Both the position numbers and the translations under genes were made by a program. The notes beneath the pieces were generated by a model. It saw only the letters and a list, made by a program, of their open reading frames with translations. It ran no database searches and was not told where the DNA came from. A stretch of 64,000 nt of DNA, from assembly GCA_902619825.1 (NCBI GenBank), contig CACNFT010000001.1:8620-72619 (forward strand). Reading direction: 5' to 3'. Positions 9,950 to 18,574 of the stretch are shown here, in pieces; the first letter of the stretch is position 1; every line of letters begins with the position of its first letter. The DNA comes from an uncultured Candidatus Actinomarina sp. (GTDB taxonomy: Bacteria > Actinomycetota > Acidimicrobiia > Actinomarinales > Actinomarinaceae).

Positions 9950-10583
9950 CAAGTATATCTTAAAAAAAGAACTTTTAATTGAGTTGAAAAATAGTTCTTC
10001 TCTCTTTTTAATAACGCCTACGATGTCTGTTTTGATAATAATTTTTCCAATTTTGATTGAGAATAGATTTGCGGTAGATGAAGATTTATTCATAATTTCA
10101 CGTTTATTATTTTTAATTATTTTTTCAACCCTTTTTGCGATTAGAAAGCCTATAGTGTTAAATCAGTTAACCAAAGAATTAAATTTTGGTAATTACATGA
10201 AAACAGAGTTCTTCAATAGTAAGTCACTTGCTGAATTTTTAATTTTTCTTCCACAAGTCTTTATTTTAAACATACTATTTTCAGGATTTACAAACTCAAA
10301 CGTAAACACCTCGTTAATTAATTTAATTTTATCTATGGTCTTTTTTGCTGTTAACGTTTGTATGATAAATATAATTTTTCAAATATTTACAAGTTTTAAT
10401 AATCGATTCGTACAATTTATATTAATCGTTCCAATGTACCTTGCTCTTTCAATATTTATAGGTCCTTTATGGCTAGGGTTAGGTCAGGAATTAGCTAATA
10501 TTTATTTATTGATGTATTTAGGTATAACTATTTTTATATTTGGCACAACAAATTACTACATAGAGAAAGTTAATTTACGATGA
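9939..10583 (+). CDS. ccmB: heme-exporter membrane protein CcmB-like
   Basis: 214 aa polytopic membrane protein located between ccmA and ccmC. Called mainly from position. Confidence 0.5.
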   Translation: MKINKYILKKELLIELKNSSSLFLITPTMSVLIIIFPILIENRFAVDEDLFIISRLLFLIIFSTLFAIRKPIVLNQLTKELNFGNYMKTEFFNSKSLAEFLIFLPQVFILNILFSGFTNSNVNTSLINLILSMVFFAVNVCMINIIFQIFTSFNNRFVQFILIVPMYLALSIFIGPLWLGLGQELANIYLLMYLGITIFIFGTTNYYIEKVNLR

Positions 10584-11248
10584 TGCTTTACGGACCGCTT
10601 CTTGTTTGGCTGCTAATAAGTGCGCTAGGTCCATTTGATACTGTTCAAGGGCCTTCATCAAAACTACTTTATGTCCACGTCCCTACTGTTTGGATTGCTT
10701 ATCTTGCATACACCCTGACTTTTATTTATTCATTGCTTTATTTAATTAAAAAAAATCCAAAATATGATTCAAGAGCAGTAGCAAATGCAAAATCAGGTGT
10801 TTTATTTACTGCAACTACCCTTATAGCTGGATCTGTATGGGGTAAATTTACATGGGGAACATGGTGGGTTTGGGGCGATGCCAGACTAAATTTAACTGCA
10901 ATTCTGTTACTTGTTTATCTTGGATATTTAGCTTCACGAAGATTCAGTGATGATATCGCCAAAACTGCAAAAAATTCATCATTCATTGGTATTTTTGGAA
11001 TTATTCAAATACCAATTTTACATTTCAGCGTTATTTGGTGGAGATCAGTACATCAACAAGCATCCATATTAAGCCAGGAAACTGTATCAAGTGGAGATGC
11101 ACCAATGTCCCCAGATATACTTACGACTCTTTTGATAAGTGTTGTATTGGTCACACTGGTTCATGTATTCTTATCAAAAAAATTCAGAATTACTGCTGAC
11201 CAAATATGGGATGATTATCTAAATCCCAAATCAAGGGCTAAAATCTAA
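10580..11248 (+). CDS. ccmC: heme exporter / heme lyase CcmC
   Basis: 222 aa. Trp-rich WWD-type motif WGKFTWGTWWVWGDARL. Confidence 0.85.
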   Translation: MMLYGPLLVWLLISALGPFDTVQGPSSKLLYVHVPTVWIAYLAYTLTFIYSLLYLIKKNPKYDSRAVANAKSGVLFTATTLIAGSVWGKFTWGTWWVWGDARLNLTAILLLVYLGYLASRRFSDDIAKTAKNSSFIGIFGIIQIPILHFSVIWWRSVHQQASILSQETVSSGDAPMSPDILTTLLISVVLVTLVHVFLSKKFRITADQIWDDYLNPKSRAKI

Positions 11249-11255
11249 ATAATAA

Positions 11256-11660
11256 GTGAAAAAAAATTTATTTTTTATCCTAATTGGAATTGTAATTATC
11301 GTTTTTGCAAGTATCAGAATTGCTTCGAATAATACCATTTATTATTACACAACTACTGAGGCTAACTACTTATCTACAACCTCCAATGAACGAATTAAGC
11401 TTGGTGGATTTGTAGTATCTAATTCAGTAGTAAAAGGAGACCTTGGAGTTACCGAATTTTCAATCACTGACGGAAATATAATAATGGAAATAAGCTTTGA
11501 TGGTTTCATTCCAGAGTTATTTCAAGATGAGATGGGAGTGATTTTAGATGGTTATTTTGATAGTGGAATTTTTTACTCTGATGATATGTTGGTTAAGCAT
11601 GATAATGAGTATATTTCAGAGGATGGAGAAGTTTATAACGTAGAAAATTATAAAGAATGA
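11256..11660 (+). CDS. ccmE: cytochrome c maturation heme chaperone CcmE
   Basis: GTG start, 134 aa. N-terminal TM anchor and heme-binding HxxxY motif (VKHDNEY). Confidence 0.85.
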   Translation: MKKNLFFILIGIVIIVFASIRIASNNTIYYYTTTEANYLSTTSNERIKLGGFVVSNSVVKGDLGVTEFSITDGNIIMEISFDGFIPELFQDEMGVILDGYFDSGIFYSDDMLVKHDNEYISEDGEVYNVENYKE

Positions 11661-13540
11661 TATCTTCAATTGGAATTATTTTGACTTGGTTTGGTTTTTT
11701 GAACTTGATCTTGATGTGCTTTTCAAATAAAAAAAATTTATTTCAAACTCTTGTAAGAATTAATTTATTTATTCATTTCTTGCTATTTTGCTTGCTTGAA
11801 GTTGGTCTTTTTTTAGACGACTTTTCACTTTACTACATAGCAAATCACTCAGCTTCGAGTACGCCGCCAATGTACAAATTTGCCTCACTTTGGGGTTCAT
11901 TAGATGGTTCAATACTTTTGTGGAATTTGGTCTTAAGTATTTATTTTTATGTATATGTTAAATTTTATCGAGCTAGCACAGAGCTTTATGACATAAAAAT
12001 TTTTGCAATGATAATTCTTTTTTTTAATGGATTTACTATATTTAGTTCCTCTCCTTTCTCAGGATGTATACAGTTAGCATCTATTGGATGTCAAGATTTC
12101 ACATTATTACCCTTTCAAGATTTAGTATTATCTGAATTTGGAAGAGGGCCTAACCCCTTACTTCAAAATCATCCCTTGATGGCAATACATCCTCCTATAT
12201 TATATTTTGGATATATTGGGCTGGTTCTTCCCTTTGTAATCGCTACAAGCGAACTATTTAATAGATACAAAGATGAAAATTGGATAAAAATTGCAGAAAA
12301 AGCAACATATTTTCCATGGGTGTTTCTAACAGCAGGTATTTCTTTAGGAGCTGCATGGTCATATGAAGTTCTTGGATGGGGTGGTTATTGGGCTTGGGAT
12401 CCCGTTGAAAATGTTTCATTTATACCCTGGTTACTTGCAACTGCCTTTTTACACTCTTCAAAAACGCAAATTAAAGAAAAAACTCTGATTAATTGGAATT
12501 ACGTTTTGGCCTGTTTAATGTTTATATCAGTTATTTTTGGAACATTTATTACTAGGTCTGGTGTATTAATTTCTGTTCATGCTTTTTCAAATGGAAATAT
12601 TGGAACTTACCTACTGATAGGATTATTAATTTTTACGTTTTTATTTATGTACATAGGTATAAAGAATATTGAATATTTTAAAACATCAAGAAAAGTTGAA
12701 AATATTTTTGGTAGATCAGGTTTTTTTGTTGCAAACAACATTATCTTATCTGCATCTGCATTAATTGTTTTAATCGGGACAATTTATCCAATATTTTATG
12801 AATCATTTTTTTCAAGACAACTTACTGTAGGAAGATCATTTTATGATATCTTAGTTGGTCCTCTGCTTTTGATTCTTGTTTACCTTATGGTGTTCTCGAC
12901 AAAAATAGCAAAAGTCAATATGAATTTAAAAAAATGGATAATTGAAAATCAGAATGAATTAAACATTTCTCTCATTATTTCTATATTTTTGACAATTTAC
13001 TATAGAGCATCGTATAAATTTGTACTTACAATATTTGGATCTGTTTTACTAATAATAATTATAGGAAAAAATGTAATATCAAAATATAAAAAAACAAAAC
13101 TACAAGGATCTTATTGGACTGGTCAAATTTCTCATTTAGGAATTGGTATTTTTGCAATAGGATTAGTTCTCAATGTAACCCAAAGTTTTTCAAATGAATT
13201 GATAATATCTACTGGCGATACGGTAAATTTTGGAGAAAAAGAATTTATCATTTTATCACCATATGAAGAAATTAAAGAAGAAAAGAATGTCATAAATTTA
13301 CCTATTAAATTTAATAATAAAGAAAAAAATGCGTCGTTAAATATTTTTAAAAATTCATCACAACAGGCAATAAGCTCTCCCGCAGTATTCAGAAATATTC
13401 AGAGTGATACTTATATAACAATAAAAGTTATCGATGATGATAAATTTAAACTTATTTTCAGAGAAAATTATGGAATATTTATTCTCTGGCTTGGCTTGGC
13501 TATAAGTTCCTCTTCTTTTTTGACAAGAGTGAGAAAATGA
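11657..13540 (+). CDS. ccmF: cytochrome c heme lyase CcmF
   Basis: 627 aa polytopic protein. WWD motif WGGYWAWDPVEN. Confidence 0.9.
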   Translation: MISSIGIILTWFGFLNLILMCFSNKKNLFQTLVRINLFIHFLLFCLLEVGLFLDDFSLYYIANHSASSTPPMYKFASLWGSLDGSILLWNLVLSIYFYVYVKFYRASTELYDIKIFAMIILFFNGFTIFSSSPFSGCIQLASIGCQDFTLLPFQDLVLSEFGRGPNPLLQNHPLMAIHPPILYFGYIGLVLPFVIATSELFNRYKDENWIKIAEKATYFPWVFLTAGISLGAAWSYEVLGWGGYWAWDPVENVSFIPWLLATAFLHSSKTQIKEKTLINWNYVLACLMFISVIFGTFITRSGVLISVHAFSNGNIGTYLLIGLLIFTFLFMYIGIKNIEYFKTSRKVENIFGRSGFFVANNIILSASALIVLIGTIYPIFYESFFSRQLTVGRSFYDILVGPLLLILVYLMVFSTKIAKVNMNLKKWIIENQNELNISLIISIFLTIYYRASYKFVLTIFGSVLLIIIIGKNVISKYKKTKLQGSYWTGQISHLGIGIFAIGLVLNVTQSFSNELIISTGDTVNFGEKEFIILSPYEEIKEEKNVINLPIKFNNKEKNASLNIFKNSSQQAISSPAVFRNIQSDTYITIKVIDDDKFKLIFRENYGIFILWLGLAISSSSFLTRVRK

Positions 13541-13893
13541 ATAAATACATATCCATTATTTTACTACTTACTCTTTTACTTTTACCTTTAGTTATTTATG
13601 AAGATAATAATTCAAGATATGAAAAATTAAGTAAAAGCTTATTATGTCCAGTGTGCCAAGGTGAGACTCTTTTTGATTCGCCATCAGAATATGCGGATGA
13701 CATGAGATCAGTTTTAAAAGAGCAGATTGATAATGGAATGAGTGACAAACAAATAATGGACTACTGGACAGCAAGATTTGGTGAAAGAATAAATACCAAT
13801 CCCCAAAATTCAAATTATTTTTTAATTTTATTTCCAATAATTTTTGGTCTTGTTTTTGGAGTACTTTTTTATAAAAAGGTAAGCAATGACTAA
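13537..13893 (+). CDS. ccmH: cytochrome c maturation thiol-reductase CcmH
   Basis: 118 aa. Signal/TM segment, LCPVCQGE (CxxC) motif, C-terminal TM. Confidence 0.8.
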   Translation: MNKYISIILLLTLLLLPLVIYEDNNSRYEKLSKSLLCPVCQGETLFDSPSEYADDMRSVLKEQIDNGMSDKQIMDYWTARFGERINTNPQNSNYFLILFPIIFGLVFGVLFYKKVSND

Positions 13894-14416
13894 ATGGATT
13901 TTATCCTCTCTTTCTGTACTATTATTTGTCGTTATTCTTTTAATCAACGTTGGAAACAATTCAGAGTTTAATGATGAGTTCAATACAAACTTATCAAATG
14001 TATCAAATGATGAAATGGAAGCTGTCATATTAGAAAATCCTGACATACATCCTATGAGAATGGCATTAGCAAACAGATACTTCGATGAAGTCAACTATTC
14101 TGAGGCTCTTCCCCACTACATGTATATTGCAGAAAATAGCGCTGATAGTGAATTAAAAAGTTTTGCATTAGCCCAGATTGGTTGGATGGTATTTGAATCA
14201 AATAATGTTGAAGTAGCAACAACTTATATAAACGAATCACTAAAAATAAATAGTGATTCTTTAGTTGCCAAATCATATCTCGGAATCATATACATACAAG
14301 ATCCTGAAACAAAAGCTGATGGAATAGAAATACTAAACTCAGTTATTAAATCAGATAAGTTAAGCAAAGACGATAAAACATTTATCAGTGAAATTCTTGA
14401 AAATTATGAAAAGTAA
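13886..14416 (+). CDS. membrane-anchored TPR protein, CcmI-like
   Basis: 176 aa. N-terminal TM followed by TPR-like repeats. Sits directly after ccmH. Confidence 0.45.
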   Translation: MTKWILSSLSVLLFVVILLINVGNNSEFNDEFNTNLSNVSNDEMEAVILENPDIHPMRMALANRYFDEVNYSEALPHYMYIAENSADSELKSFALAQIGWMVFESNNVEVATTYINESLKINSDSLVAKSYLGIIYIQDPETKADGIEILNSVIKSDKLSKDDKTFISEILENYEK

Positions 14417-14885
14417 ATTTTCAATTTTGTTTATTGTTCTCTTTTTTTCCTTGTGTTCTAATTCGACTGATGTAAATTCAGATAAAATTATAATTTCAAA
14501 TCTTGATCTAGAACCATTGCTTGAAAATGTTGATGTGAATGAACTTGACACTAATTTTTTAATTATAAATTATTGGGCCTCATGGTGTTTGGAGTGTATA
14601 GAGGAACATGAACTATTAATTTCTCTTGCAGAAACAAAAAAATTAGAAGGGAAAGTTGCAATGGTAAGTTTTCAGGACAGCAGAGATAATGCTATTCAAT
14701 TTTTAAATAATTATGGATATGGCCAAATAATTTATGCAGTAGATACTCAGAGTAAATTAGCAATTGATTCAGGTGTTTTTGGTGTTCCTGAAACACATAT
14801 AATTGTAAATGGAGAAATCGTAAAAAAATTTATTGGTCCATTAAGCCTTTCAAATGTAGAAGAAATAGTAAATAATTTTCCATAA
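14406..14885 (+). CDS. ccmG: thioredoxin-fold thiol:disulfide oxidoreductase (CcmG/DsbE/ResA-like)
   Basis: Start taken at MKSKFSILF (14406); the track ORF starts at 14388. N-terminal anchor and WASWCLEC active site. Confidence 0.75.
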   Translation: MKSKFSILFIVLFFSLCSNSTDVNSDKIIISNLDLEPLLENVDVNELDTNFLIINYWASWCLECIEEHELLISLAETKKLEGKVAMVSFQDSRDNAIQFLNNYGYGQIIYAVDTQSKLAIDSGVFGVPETHIIVNGEIVKKFIGPLSLSNVEEIVNNFP

Positions 14886-14911
14886 GAGATCGAATTAATA
14901 CTAATGTTAAA

Positions 14912-15245
14912 TTGTGAGGTGGATAATCGCGATTTATCGAGGAAAGTCCGGACTCCAAAGAGCAGAGAGCTGGCTAACTCCCAGGCAAGAAATTGACGGA
15001 AAGTGCAACAGAAAGTAAACCGCCTACTTGGTTAGGTAAGGGTGAAAAGGTAGTGTAAGAGACTACCAGTAATTTAAGAAATTAAATTAGCTTGTAAACC
15101 CCTCTCGGAGCAATACCAAAAAGCAATTAGCTTGCTCGGCTAAAAATTGTGGGTAGGTAGCTAGATATATTTGGTAACAAATATACAAGATGGATGATTA
15201 TCTTACACTATGTGTAAACAGAATCCGGCTTATAGCCTTACAAAA
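14912..15245 (+). ncRNA. rnpB: RNase P RNA, bacterial type A, compact
   Basis: Conserved blocks GAGGAAAGTCCGGACTCC (from 14939), ACAGAAAGTAAACCGCC, GGTAAGGGTGAAAAGGT and ACAGAATCCGGCTTATAG. P1 pairing TTGTGAGG (14912-14919) with CCTTACAA (15236-15243). Ends are approximate, within a few nt. Confidence 0.88.
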
Positions 15246-15249
15246 ACAT

Positions 15250-15273
15250 GGGTGCCTCTTTACTGAGGCACCC
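15250..15273 (+). terminator. perfect 9-bp GC-rich hairpin immediately 3' of rnpB (no U-tract)
   Basis: GGGTGCCTC (15250-15258), loop TTTACT, GAGGCACCC (15265-15273). Could be a terminator or a processing/stability hairpin. Confidence 0.4.
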
Positions 15274-15305
15274 ACCTAAAAATTCAACGTTATTAATCTA
15301 CAGAG

Positions 15306-16286
15306 ATGACAAAATTTTCTTATTTTCTAGGTTCTGAGCAATGGCAACCAGAGACTTTAATAAAGCACGCACAATTAGCAAAAAAAGCAGGATTCGATAT
15401 GGTCACGATCTCTGAGCATTTTCATCCATGGGTTGACGATCACTCAGCCTCAAATTTTACATGGACAACGCTTGGAGCCCTTGCAAAAGATTTGAAAGAT
15501 ATGGACTTAGGAACAGGTGTTACAACACCATTGTGGAGAATTCATCCCGGAGTGATTGCTCAAGCATCTGCAACAGTTGATAGATTAACAGATTCAACTT
15601 TTCATCTTGGTGTTGGTACAGGAGAAAATATTAATGAAGGACCATTAGGTTACAATTTTCCAAAATATGATGAGAGAGCTAATCGAATGAAGGAAGCTCT
15701 TACAATCATAAGAAGACTGCTATCTGGAGAAAAATTAACATTTGAGGGAGAATATTATTCAACTAATTCTGCAAAATTATACTCTCCTCCTCTTAAAGAA
15801 GTTCCAATATGGCTTGCAGCAGGAGGTCCTAAATCATCTATGCTGGCTGCAGAATATGCGGATGGACTTATGATAAGTGTAAAGAATCCAGCTGAAGCAT
15901 ATGAAAAGGTAATTAATCCCTCTATGCAAAAATCTGAGGAGCTTGGTAAGTCTAAATTAAGAGTTCATACATATAGGTGGACAATGTTTGCTGATAATGA
16001 TGAAGACGCATGGGAGTCATTAAAATCCTGGAGAGGTCTTCGAGCACCCAATCGATTGCAAGAATTAGATCCCATGGTATTAAGAGAAACCGCAGATTCA
16101 TTAGATCGTGAAGAACTTATGTCTAAATTTTCTAGAGCAGGAACAGTTGATGAACTTATGGATATCTATAAACCACTTGTAGATGATTTTGAATCAGAAA
16201 TTGTGACAATTCAAATATCATCAATTAATCAAGAAAAAACAATTGAGCTTCTAGGTAAAGAGCTCTTGCCTAAGTTAAAGAAATAA
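15306..16286 (+). CDS. LLM-class (luciferase-like) F420-dependent oxidoreductase, G6PDH-family-like
   Basis: 326 aa. N-terminus FSYFLGSEQWQP...ISEHFHPW and the GVGTGE motif typical of the F420 G6PDH-like LLM subfamily. Substrate unknown. Confidence 0.65.
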   Translation: MTKFSYFLGSEQWQPETLIKHAQLAKKAGFDMVTISEHFHPWVDDHSASNFTWTTLGALAKDLKDMDLGTGVTTPLWRIHPGVIAQASATVDRLTDSTFHLGVGTGENINEGPLGYNFPKYDERANRMKEALTIIRRLLSGEKLTFEGEYYSTNSAKLYSPPLKEVPIWLAAGGPKSSMLAAEYADGLMISVKNPAEAYEKVINPSMQKSEELGKSKLRVHTYRWTMFADNDEDAWESLKSWRGLRAPNRLQELDPMVLRETADSLDREELMSKFSRAGTVDELMDIYKPLVDDFESEIVTIQISSINQEKTIELLGKELLPKLKK

Positions 16287-16289
16287 AAT

Positions 16290-17018
16290 TTGTTTAAATT
16301 ATTTTTTATTGGGCTAATTGGTGGCTTACTTTCTGGTTTGTTAGGTGTCGGAGGTGGTGTTATATTTGTTCCACTTTTGACTTACATGACAAACAAAAAT
16401 TTTAAAATTAACACTGGAATTTCCTCTATGGCAATCATATTTGTCGCATCTGCTAGTGGATTTACATACATACTCAATGGTATTTCTATAACTTTTTATA
16501 TTTTTTACCTTATAATTGGAGGAATTTTTGGTGGGTATATTGGAAGTAAGATTACAGCAATAATCAAAACAAAATCCCTCGAAAGAATATTTTCAATATT
16601 ATTGATAATTGTTGCAATTCGAATGTTTTTGAATACGAGTTTCCAATCTGCTTTCAACGAAAATCCTATGTTTTATATCTTTATAGGTTTAATTACTGGT
16701 ATATTGTCAGGATTATTGGGTATTGGTGGAGGTATTGTAAGAATCCCATTATTAATTATTTTCGGTGGTCTTGAAAATATAGTTGCTCAGGGATTTTCAC
16801 TTATAGCTACTATTCCTACTGCAATGACAGCTGCAATAACAAAACTTAAAGGTAGTCCCGATTTAATTAAGCAAGGAACGTATATTGGTGTTTTTGGAAT
16901 CATCGGCTCGATTATGGGTGCAAATACTGCTTTTTTGCTTAGCCAAAATATTTTAAATACAATTTTTGCAATATTTCTTTTATTAGTAAGCGTTAATCTT
17001 TATCTAAAAAAAGATTAA
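16290..17018 (+). CDS. TauE/SafE (TSUP) family anion permease
   Basis: TTG start, 242 aa. Two internal repeats, each with GxxGxGGG (GLLGVGGGVIFVP and GLLGIGGGIVRIP). Confidence 0.75.
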   Translation: MFKLFFIGLIGGLLSGLLGVGGGVIFVPLLTYMTNKNFKINTGISSMAIIFVASASGFTYILNGISITFYIFYLIIGGIFGGYIGSKITAIIKTKSLERIFSILLIIVAIRMFLNTSFQSAFNENPMFYIFIGLITGILSGLLGIGGGIVRIPLLIIFGGLENIVAQGFSLIATIPTAMTAAITKLKGSPDLIKQGTYIGVFGIIGSIMGANTAFLLSQNILNTIFAIFLLLVSVNLYLKKD

Positions 17019-17476
17019 ATTAGGCCTTCTCTAAAGAAAATATCTGCTTTCTCCACGGTATTAATTTTTGAATATAAATAAGAAAAGCCAGCCACTTCTT
17101 GAAGAAGTAAAATTAAAAATCCTCTAGAAGTTGTTTCAACAGAATCGAAAGGAAGTGGGAAAAATAAAATATGCTGATTTAACCACATAAAATCTAAAAA
17201 CTGATGTAGAAAAATACCAATAGCAACTAATAAGAAATTATTTCTAAATGCAGTCTTTCTTCTAGTTAGTATCATTGTGATGACCAATATCGTAACACTA
17301 AATATCAATGTATGACCAGGTTGATTATAAGCAACTTTAAAGCCAACGATGTTGAATAAAAAATCAACAAAATCTGGAAGTAATGCTCCTCCAGCTAAAT
17401 ATCGTAGATCTGCGCCATAATCTTTATAAACATATCTAAAAATAAAAATTGAAAACCCAACGTGCCAAAATAACAT
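17015..17476 (-). CDS. membrane-bound metal-dependent hydrolase-like protein (YdjM/DUF457-like)
   Basis: 153 aa. 4-5 TM segments with conserved His residues (WHVG, PGHTL, HQFLD). Weak call. Confidence 0.4.
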   Translation of the reverse strand: MLFWHVGFSIFIFRYVYKDYGADLRYLAGGALLPDFVDFLFNIVGFKVAYNQPGHTLIFSVTILVITMILTRRKTAFRNNFLLVAIGIFLHQFLDFMWLNQHILFFPLPFDSVETTSRGFLILLLQEVAGFSYLYSKINTVEKADIFFREGLI

Positions 17477-17477
17477 A

Positions 17478-17870
17478 TTATGAATCTAAAGCTAGGTTGG
17501 CTAATTCGTCTGCACGTTTATTGTTTTCTCGGTATATGTGATTAATACTTACAAATTCAAGCATTTCAATATGCTCCAAAATTTTATCTCTTAGTGGCTT
17601 TAAATTATTGGATTTTACTTTAAAGTTTCCGTTTACTTGCTCTACAACTAATTTGGAATCTAGAAATATTTCGAGATTCATAAAATCATTTTTTAAGCAA
17701 TATTCAAGTGCATTATCTAATGCTAAATATTCGGCCTCATTGTTACTGGCAATTCCTATGGTTTTAGATATCGTATGAATTTCTTTTCCATCACTTTCTA
17801 TACTTACGCCTATTGCAGCTTCACCAGGGTTGGAACGAGATGCTCCATCACAAAAAACTTTGTACCTCAT
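17478..17870 (-). CDS. rnhA: ribonuclease H (RNase HI family), stand-alone
   Basis: 130 aa. FCDGASRSNPG, NNEAEYLAL, DSKLVV, NKRADELAN (DEDD catalytic pattern). Confidence 0.8.
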   Translation of the reverse strand: MRYKVFCDGASRSNPGEAAIGVSIESDGKEIHTISKTIGIASNNEAEYLALDNALEYCLKNDFMNLEIFLDSKLVVEQVNGNFKVKSNNLKPLRDKILEHIEMLEFVSINHIYRENNKRADELANLALDS

Positions 17871-18574
17871 ATAACCACACCATCACAGTAGCTACATTGC
17901 TGAAATTTTGATTCTAGAATTTGTTCAATCTCAGAAGAAGTCAACTCTACCCCACAACAACCACATTGGTTATCATTACGAAAAGCAGCTATAACTTCTA
18001 AGCCTCTTTTTTTTAAATTATCATACAACTCTTTGAGTTCATTAGGAAAAGTTGAAATAAATTCAAGTTTTTCTTTTTCTAAATCAGGTATTTGTTTATC
18101 AATTTTATCCCACTCATTTTTTACAATTTTTGATAAATTAATTAATTGATTTTTAATATCTTCCAAAGAATTTTCCTGATCGTTCATAACTTTTAATTGG
18201 TCCCCATTTTGTTCTCTTAATTCTTCCACTTCTAATTTAAATTTATCAATTTGTATTTTTAAAGATTCTTTTTGATTTGAGTAATTTAATGTTTCACTTG
18301 GATCTAAAGTATCACCTGATAACTTCTGCTCAATTTCCTTTATTTGAAGTTCTAAAGATATTATTTTTTTTTCATTATCTTCTTTTTTAATAAAAAATTC
18401 ACTTAATTCTCTTTTATTTTCAGTTATTTTTTTTGTTAATTCTTTATAGTTAATTTCCAGTGATTTCAGATTTAGTACATTTTCACCATTACTTTTTGAA
18501 TCAATAAGTTTATAAATTTTATTATCTAAATCTTGAAGCTCGACTAAGTTACTTAATAAAAATGGCTCATTCAT
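17867..18574 (-). CDS. coiled-coil protein with C-terminal C4 zinc ribbon (DUF164-type)
   Basis: 235 aa. Long heptad-rich region, C-terminal CGCCGVE...CSYCDG. Confidence 0.7.
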   Translation of the reverse strand: MNEPFLLSNLVELQDLDNKIYKLIDSKSNGENVLNLKSLEINYKELTKKITENKRELSEFFIKKEDNEKKIISLELQIKEIEQKLSGDTLDPSETLNYSNQKESLKIQIDKFKLEVEELREQNGDQLKVMNDQENSLEDIKNQLINLSKIVKNEWDKIDKQIPDLEKEKLEFISTFPNELKELYDNLKKRGLEVIAAFRNDNQCGCCGVELTSSEIEQILESKFQQCSYCDGVVI

